Below, piece after piece: positions 30,201 through 39,149 of a stretch of DNA of 64,000 nucleotides (position 1 is the stretch's first letter; the number at the start of each line of letters is the position of its first letter). The notes below the pieces were generated by a model. That model did not search any database. It saw only the letters and a program-made list of their open reading frames with translations, and had not been told where the DNA came from. Origin of the DNA: Dehalococcoidia bacterium (GTDB lineage: Bacteria; Chloroflexota; Dehalococcoidia; Lucifugimonadales; UBA3495); the NCBI GenBank assembly GCA_965115825.1, contig OZ220464.1, positions 1,668,437-1,732,436 of the forward strand. Reading direction: 5' to 3'. Made by a program: the position numbers and the translations under genes.

Positions 30201-32879
30201 CGGATGAGCTGCGAGACATAGCGTTGCTGGTCTATCCCCGCGTGTGCGGGGGAACCTTCGGCAGGCCAAAGAAAAGGTCGGTGGACGGGGGTCTATCCCC
30301 GCGTGTGCGGGGGAACCAGTTCCGCCGGCCGGTTGTCGGGGCCGGAGGGGGGTCTATCCCCGCGTGTGCGGGGGAACCAGCAGCTAGGCCCCCCCCGCCG
30401 ACAGCGGCTTGGGTCTATCCCCGCGTGTGCGGGGGAACCCGGATGTGGCTGAGGTGGTGGGCAGAGGAGTCCGGTCTATCCCCGCGTGTGCGGGGGAACC
30501 CTGGCCTACGAACTGGCGGAAGACCCGAACGCAGGTCTATCCCCGCGTGTGCGGGGGAACCTACGACCAGGAGTACACCCTCACCATCGATCAGGGTCTA
30601 TCCCCGCGTGTGCGGGGGAACCTCCTCATCTACGTAAATGCAGATGTCGATGCGAGGTCTATCCCCGCGTGTGCGGGGGAACCCCACTATCAGGAGGCAG
30701 ACTGATGGACGGGATGGGTCTATCCCCGCGTGTGCGGGGGAACCCGTCGTCGCGACATTCGTCGCACGCAACGCAGGGGTCTATCCCCGCGTGTGCGGGG
30801 GAACCACCCGAACACGGATACTAACCGCTCGTTGGGGAGGTCTATCCCCGCGTGTGCGGGGGAACCTCGGCGCCGGGAAAAACAAGTCATCGTCAAAAAG
30901 GTCTATCCCCGCGTGTGCGGGGGAACCGGCTAGGACTGACCGCTGGCGGTGGCGCATCTAGGTCTATCCCCGCGTGTGCGGGGGAACCTCTATAAGATAC
31001 AGAACACGGGCCCGGGTGTCGGGTCTATCCCCGCGTGTGCGGGGGAACCGAGGTGCAGTTCGTGGCCGGCACGACGCGGGACGGTCTATCCCCGCGTGTG
31101 CGGGGGAACCTGCAAGGCGTTGACTCGCTGGTGTCCGTAACCCGGTCTATCCCCGCGTGTGCGGGGGAACCGTGTAGGTGCGCTCCCATTGCGTGCTACT
31201 CAAGGGTCTATCCCCGCGTGTGCGGGGGAACCCGACTTCGCCGCAAGCCAGGCCAGGGTGGCGGCGGTCTATCCCCGCGTGTGCGGGGGAACCTCGGCGA
31301 TATTTATCCCGCCGCCCAGTCGGATGGGTCTATCCCCGCGTGTGCGGGGGAACCGAGTTCTCGTCGGTTAGCGACGTGGACAGAACCGGTCTATCCCCGC
31401 GTGTGCGGGGGAACCATCCGCGTTTTGAGGGATGAGGCGGAGTCGAGGGGTCTATCCCCGCGTGTGCGGGGGAACCGTGGTGCTTCACGCCGATGACAGT
31501 TCCGTCGGGGGTCTATCCCCGCGTGTGCGGGGGAACCGTCTACCACAATGGCGGCGTGTTTTGCATCGGCGGTCTATCCCCGCGTGTGCGGGGGAACCAA
31601 CCCATCGGCGAACTCCGGGCGGTCATAGGGCGGTCTATCCCCGCGTGTGCGGGGGAACCGGGCTTGGCGATGGTGAAGACGTGGAAGCCGGGGGTCTATC
31701 CCCGCGTGTGCGGGGGAACCAGGATAGCATCAGCAGGGCGGCGTTGCGGGCGGGGTCTATCCCCGCGTGTGCGGGGGAACCTCCTATGACGGGTTCATCT
31801 CGATGATTTTAATCGGTCTATCCCCGCGTGTGCGGGGGAACCCTTCGCTGGCGGCAACATCCCGTCGGACTTCAAGGTCTATCCCCGCGTGTGCGGGGGA
31901 ACCTTCCATCGGGTTCCTGCCGACGGCGCCCATCGGGGTCTATCCCCGCGTGTGCGGGGGAACCTGTACCACGAGACCTGGGGCGCGATGGTGGTGCGGT
32001 CTATCCCCGCGTGTGCGGGGGAACCCCGACGGCGCCGGCGCCGCATCCCTGGCCAAGCGGTCTATCCCCGCGTGTGCGGGGGAACCGGGAAAAACAAGTC
32101 ATCGTCAAAAATTTTGCCCGGTCTATCCCCGCGTGTGCGGGGGAACCGCAATACGTCCACCCCGTGGTACTCCACTGGCGGGTCTATCCCCGCGTGTGCG
32201 GGGGAACCCTATCTTTGATGCGGGTTACGGCAAATGTGTATGGTCTATCCCCGCGTGTGCGGGGGAACCCCTACCGTCCGCCGCCCGATGATGGGAACGT
32301 CGGGTCTATCCCCGCGTGTGCGGGGGAACCCCAACGAGCTGCGCCTCGAGGAGGTCTACCCCGGGTCTATCCCCGCGTGTGCGGGGGAACCACGGGGATA
32401 GTCCTGCCGGCCGTGCTGAAGTCGGGTCTATCCCCGCGTGTGCGGGGGAACCTTGACATCGAGATTGACTATTTCCTGCTGGTGAGGTCTATCCCCGCGT
32501 GTGCGGGGGAACCCAAGCGAACGACGCCCGGTCCCGTGTTCTGAATGGTCTATCCCCGCGTGTGCGGGGGAACCCCCAGCGCTGCTGCGGTTGGCCGTCA
32601 ACAGCGGGGTCTATCCCCGCGTGTGCGGGGGAACCGCCCGCCGGGGAGACACCCCGGGGCGGGACATGGGTCTATCCCCGCGTGTGCGGGGGAACCGACG
32701 GGGATAGTCCTGCCGGCCGTGCTGAAGTCGGTCTATCCCCGCGTGTGCGGGGGAACCCCCCTGGGGTTCACCAGGCGGATGGATGTCCCGGGTCTATCCC
32801 CGCGTGTGCGGGGGAACCGGCATCCCTGGACTCCACGCCGACGGCCCGGGAGGTCTATCCCCGCGTGTGCGGGGGAACC
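12250..32879 (-). CRISPR. type I-E CRISPR array, about 338 repeats and 337 spacers (estimated)
   Basis: The 28-nt repeat GGTCTATCCCCGCGTGTGCGGGGGAACC (plus strand) recurs every 61 bp (occasionally +/-1) from 12297 to 32879, and a half repeat GTGCGGGGGAGCC sits at 12250..12262. The reverse complement GGTTCCCCCGCACACGCGGGGATAGACC matches the E. coli I-E repeat architecture (CCCCGC-N4-GCGGGG hairpin, ATAnACC handle). The array is therefore read on the minus strand with the leader next to cas2. Confidence 0.99.
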
Positions 32880-32909
32880 TCTTGGCGAATTGATACTTTG
32901 TATTTTATA
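32880..32909 (-). promoter_or_regulatory. CRISPR leader (very short AT-rich intergenic segment)
   Basis: Only 30 nt separate the cas2 stop (32910..32912) from the first repeat. The minus-sense sequence TATAAAATACAAAGTATCAATTCGCCAAGA contains a TATAAA box and an ATCAA (IHF-like half site). A 7-bp inverted repeat, GGCGAAT (32884..32890) and ATTCGCC (32912..32918), brackets it. Confidence 0.45.
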
Positions 32910-33218
32910 TCATTCGCCTCGGGGACGGGACTGACCGTATCTTACCAAGTACACGCCGTCAGCGTCTATAACTTCCTTGGGCGGTTCTCCCAAACTTCTG
33001 ATGCTCTGCTGTCCCGGCGCCGACGGATCTCTCCAAGTCATCACGATTGAGCCGTTGCCCAACTCGCCGTGCCAACGCGCCAGCACATCCCAGATACGTT
33101 CTCTGATGCCGCTGGTCAGATCCGGAGACGTGTACACCCCCGGGGCTATCTCCAGCATCACCGATGCCAGAAACCCCCGATACCGCCCTTCTACGTTCAC
33201 TGTCACGACCACCGTCAT
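32910..33218 (-). CDS. cas2: CRISPR-associated endoribonuclease Cas2 (I-E)
   Basis: From the ATG at 33218 it reads MTVVVTVNVEGRYRGFLASVMLEIAPGVYTSPDLTSGIRERIWDVL..., collinear with E. coli Cas2 ([31 protein letters not shown]...). It sits last in the cas operon. Confidence 0.9.
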   Translation of the reverse strand: MTVVVTVNVEGRYRGFLASVMLEIAPGVYTSPDLTSGIRERIWDVLARWHGELGNGSIVMTWRDPSAPGQQSIRSLGEPPKEVIDADGVYLVRYGQSRPRGE

Positions 33219-33223
33219 CAGCG

Positions 33224-34189
33224 CTATCCCTCTGAGGAGCTCTCGTCCAGCCAATCTTCCAGCAGACTCACATCATCAACGCTTCTCGGCGCCGGCTTGC
33301 TCTCCAGTGGCGGCACGTCCTGAAACAGGGTTTTGATGCGGTCGATCATCTTGGAAATAACCCGCTCCGTCCGTAGCAGATCGCCCGTGGTTCGCCTGGT
33401 GTGCCTTTCTATATCCAGTCGGTTATTTCCGGCGACCTCGGCCGCCGATTTGAACGCCGCCGGCAGCAGGACCGTATCCCGGAAGAGGTCTGCAATGTCC
33501 AGGGCAAACGCTTCGCCGCTGTGCTCGTGGATGAACCCGAGCTGCGGGATTGCCCCCAGCGATGTCACTGCAATTACCGCCGCTGCCGTAACCGCAACTG
33601 AAGCGTGGTTGATGGCTTGATTCGGAATGTCTGCCGCCATGGGGTTGGCCCGGTCATAGCGCCGCCCCCGCCACTCTATGCCATACTGCCGCGACAAGTT
33701 CTGATAGGTGCGTTTCATCCGCGCGCCTTCGATGCCGCGCAATGCGGTGATGTCCATATGGGGCAGCACTTCGCCCAGACGCAGGGCATACATTTTCCGG
33801 GCAATCGTGATTCGGCTACCCTCCGGGTCGCCCCAGGCCCGCATCTGCCGCCGCGCGATGTCTGAGGTGTCCGGCATCAAGGGCGGCGCCGTATAGCACC
33901 GCACGCCATCCTCTCCGACGGCCACTAATCCGGTGCCGTGTCGCGCCATCAGCCGCAGGGCATCGTGGCTTACCGTAGAACCGGGGCCCAACAGGATCAT
34001 GGAAAGGCTCTGAAAGGGAATACCGTATTCGCCGGCCGCCAGCGGGCTGGCGGCGTCCGGCCCGGCCTGCCGTTCAAAACGGAGCGTACCATCCCGTACC
34101 GTCAGAGCGCCGCGGGACAACCAAAGCAGCCCGTGACGGTCGGCGTGGGGTATCCGCGCCGTTTCCAGTCCTAACCTTCCTCTCAGCAT
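33224..34189 (-). CDS. cas1: CRISPR-associated integrase Cas1 (I-E)
   Basis: 321-aa ORF with a GAGGAG RBS. Cas1e-like features include the N-terminal beta domain (LLWLSRGALTVRDGTLRF) and the helical catalytic domain (NHASVAVTAAAV...GFIHEHSG). It lies directly upstream of cas2. Confidence 0.93.
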   Translation of the reverse strand: MLRGRLGLETARIPHADRHGLLWLSRGALTVRDGTLRFERQAGPDAASPLAAGEYGIPFQSLSMILLGPGSTVSHDALRLMARHGTGLVAVGEDGVRCYTAPPLMPDTSDIARRQMRAWGDPEGSRITIARKMYALRLGEVLPHMDITALRGIEGARMKRTYQNLSRQYGIEWRGRRYDRANPMAADIPNQAINHASVAVTAAAVIAVTSLGAIPQLGFIHEHSGEAFALDIADLFRDTVLLPAAFKSAAEVAGNNRLDIERHTRRTTGDLLRTERVISKMIDRIKTLFQDVPPLESKPAPRSVDDVSLLEDWLDESSSEG

Positions 34190-34295
34190 CTCAACTCCTC
34201 GCGCGATATTTGCCGCGGCAGGGGTTATTCAGTTTTTAATCTGCGCTGACCCAGGTAGCCGCCGACCGCCTAGCGCTCTAATGCTTGGCGGAGCA

Positions 34296-35018
34296 TTAGG
34301 CAGGTCGGAGCAGCAGCATTCCGTACCCGTAGGCGCGATGACGACCCAAACCGTTGGCCAGCAATTTGGAGAAGGCGTGGCCATCGGTAACGACGAGGTT
34401 GCCCCGCACCAGCGCGTCCGGCCCTTCGCTGTGCCGGACGCCCCGTCTGCGGATGGCGCGGGTGCGCTGAAACGACTGCAGCGTAGCCGACTTCAGAGTG
34501 GCTCCGCCGCGAGCGTCAAATTGGCGGGCCAGCCATTCTTGATAGACCTGCTCGCGGCTGCGGGGCATTTCCCCTATCTCATACCGTTCCGCCTCCAGTT
34601 GGAAGGCGTCGCGCTCCTTCCCCGGCCTGGAAGCGGCGTTTTTGGTGGCGCGAACTACAGGCCGAATCCTGACTTCAAAGCCCAGCTTCAAGTCGGACTT
34701 CCATTCGGTCGGCATCGGTTTGCTCTCGATACGATTGGCTGGCATGACGGCGGCCTGCAATGGGCAGGCGAAAATGTCAGCAGCTTCCCGCAGCGCATCG
34801 GCGTCGGCGCGGGTGTAACCGTACAAACAGCCTCTGGAAACACCCTGGGAGGTCATCAATCGGAAGGGCTTGGGCGCCAGGTCTTTGCCAAGAGATTCAA
34901 CCAGCAGACAGTGCATAGCGTGGTCGGGGTCTTGCAGCCGGCGCATTCCCATCCAGCGCTGGAAATGGCGCACGCTGATTTCAGCGCGTATCATCTGCAA
35001 CGGGGCTTGGTTATTCAT
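34296..35018 (-). CDS. cas6e: Cas6e (CasE) crRNA endoribonuclease
   Basis: From the ATG at 35018 (MNNQAPLQMIRAEISV...). The C-terminal GLGRHRAYGYGMLLLRP matches the glycine-rich G-x-G-x-x-K/R-x-x-G-x-G-L-L motif of Cas6e. Its position after cas5e fits, and it overlaps the cas5e stop by 8 nt. Confidence 0.85.
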   Translation of the reverse strand: MNNQAPLQMIRAEISVRHFQRWMGMRRLQDPDHAMHCLLVESLGKDLAPKPFRLMTSQGVSRGCLYGYTRADADALREAADIFACPLQAAVMPANRIESKPMPTEWKSDLKLGFEVRIRPVVRATKNAASRPGKERDAFQLEAERYEIGEMPRSREQVYQEWLARQFDARGGATLKSATLQSFQRTRAIRRRGVRHSEGPDALVRGNLVVTDGHAFSKLLANGLGRHRAYGYGMLLLRPA

Positions 35019-35763
35019 TTGGCTCTTCCTTGCTTGGGGCGAACTCTTCGCGGTCAATCTTTCCCTCAAACATCCACCGACCGCCGCCGTGCAGCCCGGA
35101 AACCCAGTTGCGCTGGTCGGTAAGCAGATGCGGATAAGGGCGGTCGCTTTTGACGCCGGCAGCCGCTTCTTCCTGAGGCCATTGCATTCGTATGCCGTCC
35201 CCAACGGCGGCGCATCTGGGCAGGGGCGTGTTCAGCAGCGCCGCCAACGCCGTGTCGCCTTCGGCAAACCCGGCGAACATCGGCGCGGACGGCAGACACG
35301 GCTTGCGGCCGATGAACAGCGGACGTCGGGGCTCCTGGATGGCCGCCGCCAGCTCGTCCAGTACCGGCGCATCATCCGCCGGTTCCAGTCGCAAGGCCAC
35401 TGAGACCCGCATATCGGCGTAGTAATCGCGGTAGCGTAGCCAATTGGTGTATTGCCCCCCGCCCCGGCCTTCAGGCGCGCCTCGGGTGGTCCAACCCCGG
35501 TCGGTATTGGTAATGGCGGCTGACTGAAAATCCGTCATACGTACGCCGCCGGCCGGTTCGCGGTCAATCCGGGCGGCGAAGACCAAGCGATCCTGCAAGT
35601 CCTGGTGTCGCTCCCGTTCCACGCGCCGCCAACCCAGCGCATTGGCGAACAGGCCGGTCAGCATAGACATGGCGGGGAAGGGACGGATGACGCCGTAGTT
35701 GTCGATGGTTTCGCCTCCGAAAGCCAGCAGGGGACTTTCCAGGTTCAGTATCAGATGCCGCAT
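35011..35763 (-). CDS. cas5e: Cas5e (CasD) Cascade subunit
   Basis: MRHLILNLESPLLAFGGETIDNYGVIRPFPAMSMLTGLFANALGWRR is the typical Cas5e N-terminus, and gene order supports the call. The gene contains the 34-nt sequence matched by the array spacer at 12815..12848. Confidence 0.9.
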   Translation of the reverse strand: MRHLILNLESPLLAFGGETIDNYGVIRPFPAMSMLTGLFANALGWRRVERERHQDLQDRLVFAARIDREPAGGVRMTDFQSAAITNTDRGWTTRGAPEGRGGGQYTNWLRYRDYYADMRVSVALRLEPADDAPVLDELAAAIQEPRRPLFIGRKPCLPSAPMFAGFAEGDTALAALLNTPLPRCAAVGDGIRMQWPQEEAAAGVKSDRPYPHLLTDQRNWVSGLHGGGRWMFEGKIDREEFAPSKEEPNE

Positions 35764-35768
35764 GGAGA

Positions 35769-36941
35769 CTACACCGCGCCGTTACGAACCGCATCCGCCG
35801 CCCATGTGGCCAGGTCGTCCAGGCACAGCCGTTCCGCGTTGGCGATGTCGCAGCCGGTCACCGACATCACCCGCCGCGCTTCCTTGCCGCCGTAAGCGGC
35901 GTCCAGATTGGCAAGATGCTCTGACATTGCGGCGGCGGCATCCGCAACCTGGGCCCGAGACGGGTTGCGATAGGCGTTGGCCAGGCTGCGCGGCTGGCGG
36001 CTGCCCGCCTCAATCAGCATGAGGTCGGCGTAAGCATAAGGCGCGGTTGAACCCAGCTTTGCCCCCGGCGACACGGTGGCAATGAGATGGGCCAGATGCT
36101 CCGTTACCTTGGCGGCCAGCTCCCGGTCTGCGTCCTGCCAGTCTTCCGCCGGGCAGCCTTCCAAGTTGGACACCAATCCTGGCACGTCCGTCACTACGTA
36201 CCCGTAGAACAGTCCTGCCGTCAGCTCCATGTCTCCGATGTGAGCGGCTCCAGCGTCCTCATCTTCCCGTTGCAGGTCGTCGACCACGGAGAAGTAGTCG
36301 CTTTCACTTTCTTCCCGATGTACGGTGAAGGCGTGGGCGACGTGGATGGCGGCATCGATATTGGCGCCGGGGTCGGAAGTGACCATGCGCCCGAACAGCG
36401 CGCCCTCCAGTCCGGCCGGCAGTTTCGCCCCATCCAGCAGAGACTTGAAGTTGCGGCCTTCGCCGCGCCGGGCGTTGAACAATTCGGTGGCCGCCTTGCC
36501 GGCGGCGTCGGCATCTGAGGGATGCTCGGCGCAGATGGCCGCGGCGCGGTCCCGCAGATGCTCCGCTTCCGGGAGGCCCAGCAGCAGCGGCTGGCGCCCG
36601 CTTTCAGTCGTACCGCTATTTCCATACACGCCGATGTTGAAAGCGTTTTCAACTGCTCGCAGCACTTCTTCGCCGGCGTTGCCGGCAGCGCGTAGAGGCT
36701 CCATCACCTCGCGCTCCACGATGTTCCGCGACCGCAGCGCCTTTGTCGCTCCGGCGATGTTGTGGATGGCGAATTCATCCCGGGCCGTTCGCCAGTGCCG
36801 TTTCAGACACTGCGACGAGATGCGGGTACGCACTGCGCCTCCGAAGGGCATTCGCTTAGCCAAGCCGGAATCATCCCGGTTCAGCAAAGCCGCCGGGTAC
36901 GAATGCAATGTGTGTATCTGCAAAAATCTGGGGGTTGTCAT
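35769..36941 (-). CDS. cas7e: Cas7e (CasC) Cascade backbone subunit
   Basis: From the ATG at 36941 it reads MTTPRFLQIHTLHSYPAALLNRDDSGLAKRMPFGG, the signature Cas7e start (FLxIHxL...NLNRDD.G.PK). Gene order supports the call. Confidence 0.9.
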   Translation of the reverse strand: MTTPRFLQIHTLHSYPAALLNRDDSGLAKRMPFGGAVRTRISSQCLKRHWRTARDEFAIHNIAGATKALRSRNIVEREVMEPLRAAGNAGEEVLRAVENAFNIGVYGNSGTTESGRQPLLLGLPEAEHLRDRAAAICAEHPSDADAAGKAATELFNARRGEGRNFKSLLDGAKLPAGLEGALFGRMVTSDPGANIDAAIHVAHAFTVHREESESDYFSVVDDLQREDEDAGAAHIGDMELTAGLFYGYVVTDVPGLVSNLEGCPAEDWQDADRELAAKVTEHLAHLIATVSPGAKLGSTAPYAYADLMLIEAGSRQPRSLANAYRNPSRAQVADAAAAMSEHLANLDAAYGGKEARRVMSVTGCDIANAERLCLDDLATWAADAVRNGAV

Positions 36942-36957
36942 TAGGCTGCTCCCTGTC

Positions 36958-37587
36958 TTAGTCATTCGACTGCTGTTCACTCTGTTGTTTGCTGCGCCGA
37001 GCCGCGCGGTAGTAATCGCGGGCGATGCGACGCCGCCCTGCTTCGGCCCGTTCGTCATCGTATCCTTCGTTCAGGATGTACGCCGCCATCTCGCCCCAGT
37101 CGAAAGATACGTCCGCGGCGGCCATCATACGGAACATCCGCGCCAGCAGAACGCGAAGCATATCGCCCCGAGCAGTCAGGAGGCGGTTCAGCCGGCTCTC
37201 GCTGTAGTATCCAGCCTCTCCCCTGTTGGAGCTGTCGCCCAGGTACAGCGCCCGGCCCACCGACATACTCCCGCTATGCGCTGAACGGCCGGCTATGCCA
37301 TTGCCGCCGGCGGTGCGCGTCATGAGCGCCATGCCGTGCAGAATCAGCCCCCACTTGCGCTCGATGTCAGGGTTGCCCAGCAATTCCTCGCCGGCCATCA
37401 GCCGCCAGAAAGATGCCGTGTCCGGTTCATCGGGATCCATGCGCCGCAGGCCGGCCAGTCCACCACGGTCGCGGTCAGGCATGGCTGCCAACTCGCGGGC
37501 GAGACGAAATGCAATGTCGCCCCATGAGCGGCCGGTTGATTCCGCTGCCGGCGCGGATGTGGTTTCAGTGGTTTCGGAGGTGGTCAT
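36958..37587 (-). CDS. cse2: Cse2 (CasB / Cas11e) small subunit
   Basis: 209-aa helical protein between cse1 and cas7e. It has an ATGA overlap with the cse1 stop and a GGAGGG RBS. The segment LRRMDPDEPDTASFWRLM is Cse2-like. Confidence 0.85.
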   Translation of the reverse strand: MTTSETTETTSAPAAESTGRSWGDIAFRLARELAAMPDRDRGGLAGLRRMDPDEPDTASFWRLMAGEELLGNPDIERKWGLILHGMALMTRTAGGNGIAGRSAHSGSMSVGRALYLGDSSNRGEAGYYSESRLNRLLTARGDMLRVLLARMFRMMAAADVSFDWGEMAAYILNEGYDDERAEAGRRRIARDYYRAARRSKQQSEQQSND

Positions 37588-39149
37588 AGGTTACCCTCCT
37601 GGTTATCAGCGAACAGGAACGGCAGGCCGCTACTTCCGCGCAGCCGGCCTTCAAAAAGCCCGCTTGCATTCTCGCGGGCGCGGTAACGGTGGATAGCCGG
37701 GCAGGGCAGCGAATCCGTCGCTTCGGACAGAATGCTGCGGGCGTGGTCAACTATGCCGTCTTTACCGTTCATCAGCCATGTTTTGCGGACGCGCTCACGC
37801 TCAATACGGTCGTCGTGTTCGAATTCGTCCTGCAAGGCGTCAAAAAAGTCGGCATCAACAATTACGTCCAATTTGTTCGCCCATGGATTTGCCAGAGAAC
37901 GCTGCTCGGCGTTTGCGTCACCGGCCTCACCCCGTGCGATGAACGTGGCGACAGCATGGCGCAGAATTCTCTGGACAATGCCGACTTGGTTAATCCGTTC
38001 CTGCGCGATTGTCCCCAAATCCTCTGCGCTGTCGCTGCCGTTGCGGCGCAGCATAGCGGTCTTGGCTTTACTCCGTATTGGAACTCTCCGCTCGTAGTAG
38101 CCTTCCGTTTTACCCTGCCCTCGCACCATCCCGCGCGCTACCAGTTGCATGGTTTCGCCTGAACGCAGCTCATCTGGCGTAGGCTTAAGCAGGTCGGGCA
38201 GCTGCCAATCGAACAAATACTCGTTGACGCGCTTATAAGTGAAACCACCATTCGCCAAAGTGAGCGGCAGCCCATCCCGATTTGGATTGAATGGCGTCCA
38301 CGGGTCGCCGGTGCGCCCTTTGAGTTCTTTGCCCTCAATCCGCGCTGCTTTGGAACTAGCTTTGATTCCGTGCAGCTGACCGTTCTCGCCGCTACGCAGT
38401 CGGACGCGCCGGCAAACCTCAATGTAGTACGGGGCCAGATCGTTTAACAACAGCCCTTCGAGTCTGGCGCCATCCCACGGCAGTACCCACAACAAGTTAT
38501 GCTTCTCTCTGCCGGCCGGATAAATCGTCAGCAGAGCCGAAATGTCCCGACGGACATGGGCGCCGATTCCACCTGGCGGCGCCAAACTGAACGCCGGACG
38601 GCTGCCCAACCCGCCGTTCATCCGGGATATGCCGTGGTTGCCAGCACCACCATATCCTTCCATGGTTTGCAGAGTGACTAACGCAAAGAGCCAGTCGTCA
38701 ATGCTGCCTTGCGACGCTACTGACGATTTCAGGTCATGGCACTTGGACGTAACCAGCATATCCAGCTCATCCGCAGTCACTAGGGTGTTCTTATATTCTG
38801 TCTCCTTGCCCGGGGAGGTTGCCGGCGGCTGCATAAACGCTGGCCGTGTGATGTCTTCCACTACCATGTGCCACGGCTCGTCGTCGGGCCAGTCCGGCGT
38901 TAGCCCTCTTATCAGCTCGGCCCATTCCGCAGCGTCTGCCGGAGGGGATTCCGTGCCGGCTTTTTGCATAGCCATGGCGCCAAGCTGTACCAGGAAAGCG
39001 TGCCAAGCGTGCCGCTGGTGCGGACGCAAAGCGGGAAATGTCTCTACTGCGTCCGCTATCAGCGCCGCGTACACCTCTGGAAGAGTCGATAAGCGCGTCT
39101 CGCTAGCCGTGGCAACCCTGATTAGGGGTTCTGTTAGAATGTTGAGCAT
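37584..39149 (-). CDS. cse1: Cse1 (CasA / Cas8e) large subunit
   Basis: From the ATG at 39149 (AAGGAG RBS) it reads MLNILTEPLIRVATASETRLSTLPEVYAAL...LRPHQRHAWHAFLVQL, the typical Cse1 N-terminus. The gene lies after cas3. Confidence 0.87.
   Translation of the reverse strand: MLNILTEPLIRVATASETRLSTLPEVYAALIADAVETFPALRPHQRHAWHAFLVQLGAMAMQKAGTESPPADAAEWAELIRGLTPDWPDDEPWHMVVEDITRPAFMQPPATSPGKETEYKNTLVTADELDMLVTSKCHDLKSSVASQGSIDDWLFALVTLQTMEGYGGAGNHGISRMNGGLGSRPAFSLAPPGGIGAHVRRDISALLTIYPAGREKHNLLWVLPWDGARLEGLLLNDLAPYYIEVCRRVRLRSGENGQLHGIKASSKAARIEGKELKGRTGDPWTPFNPNRDGLPLTLANGGFTYKRVNEYLFDWQLPDLLKPTPDELRSGETMQLVARGMVRGQGKTEGYYERRVPIRSKAKTAMLRRNGSDSAEDLGTIAQERINQVGIVQRILRHAVATFIARGEAGDANAEQRSLANPWANKLDVIVDADFFDALQDEFEHDDRIERERVRKTWLMNGKDGIVDHARSILSEATDSLPCPAIHRYRARENASGLFEGRLRGSSGLPFLFADNQEGNL

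Noticed and set aside
12044-32934. Dozens of plus-strand ORFs (60-450 aa) across the array, with recurring peptides SIPACAGEP, VYPRVCGGT and GLSPRVRGN.
   Set aside because: These are the three reading frames of the 28-nt CRISPR repeat translated every 61 bp. The 61-bp period shifts the frame by one at each unit, which explains why the three motifs rotate. They are not genes.
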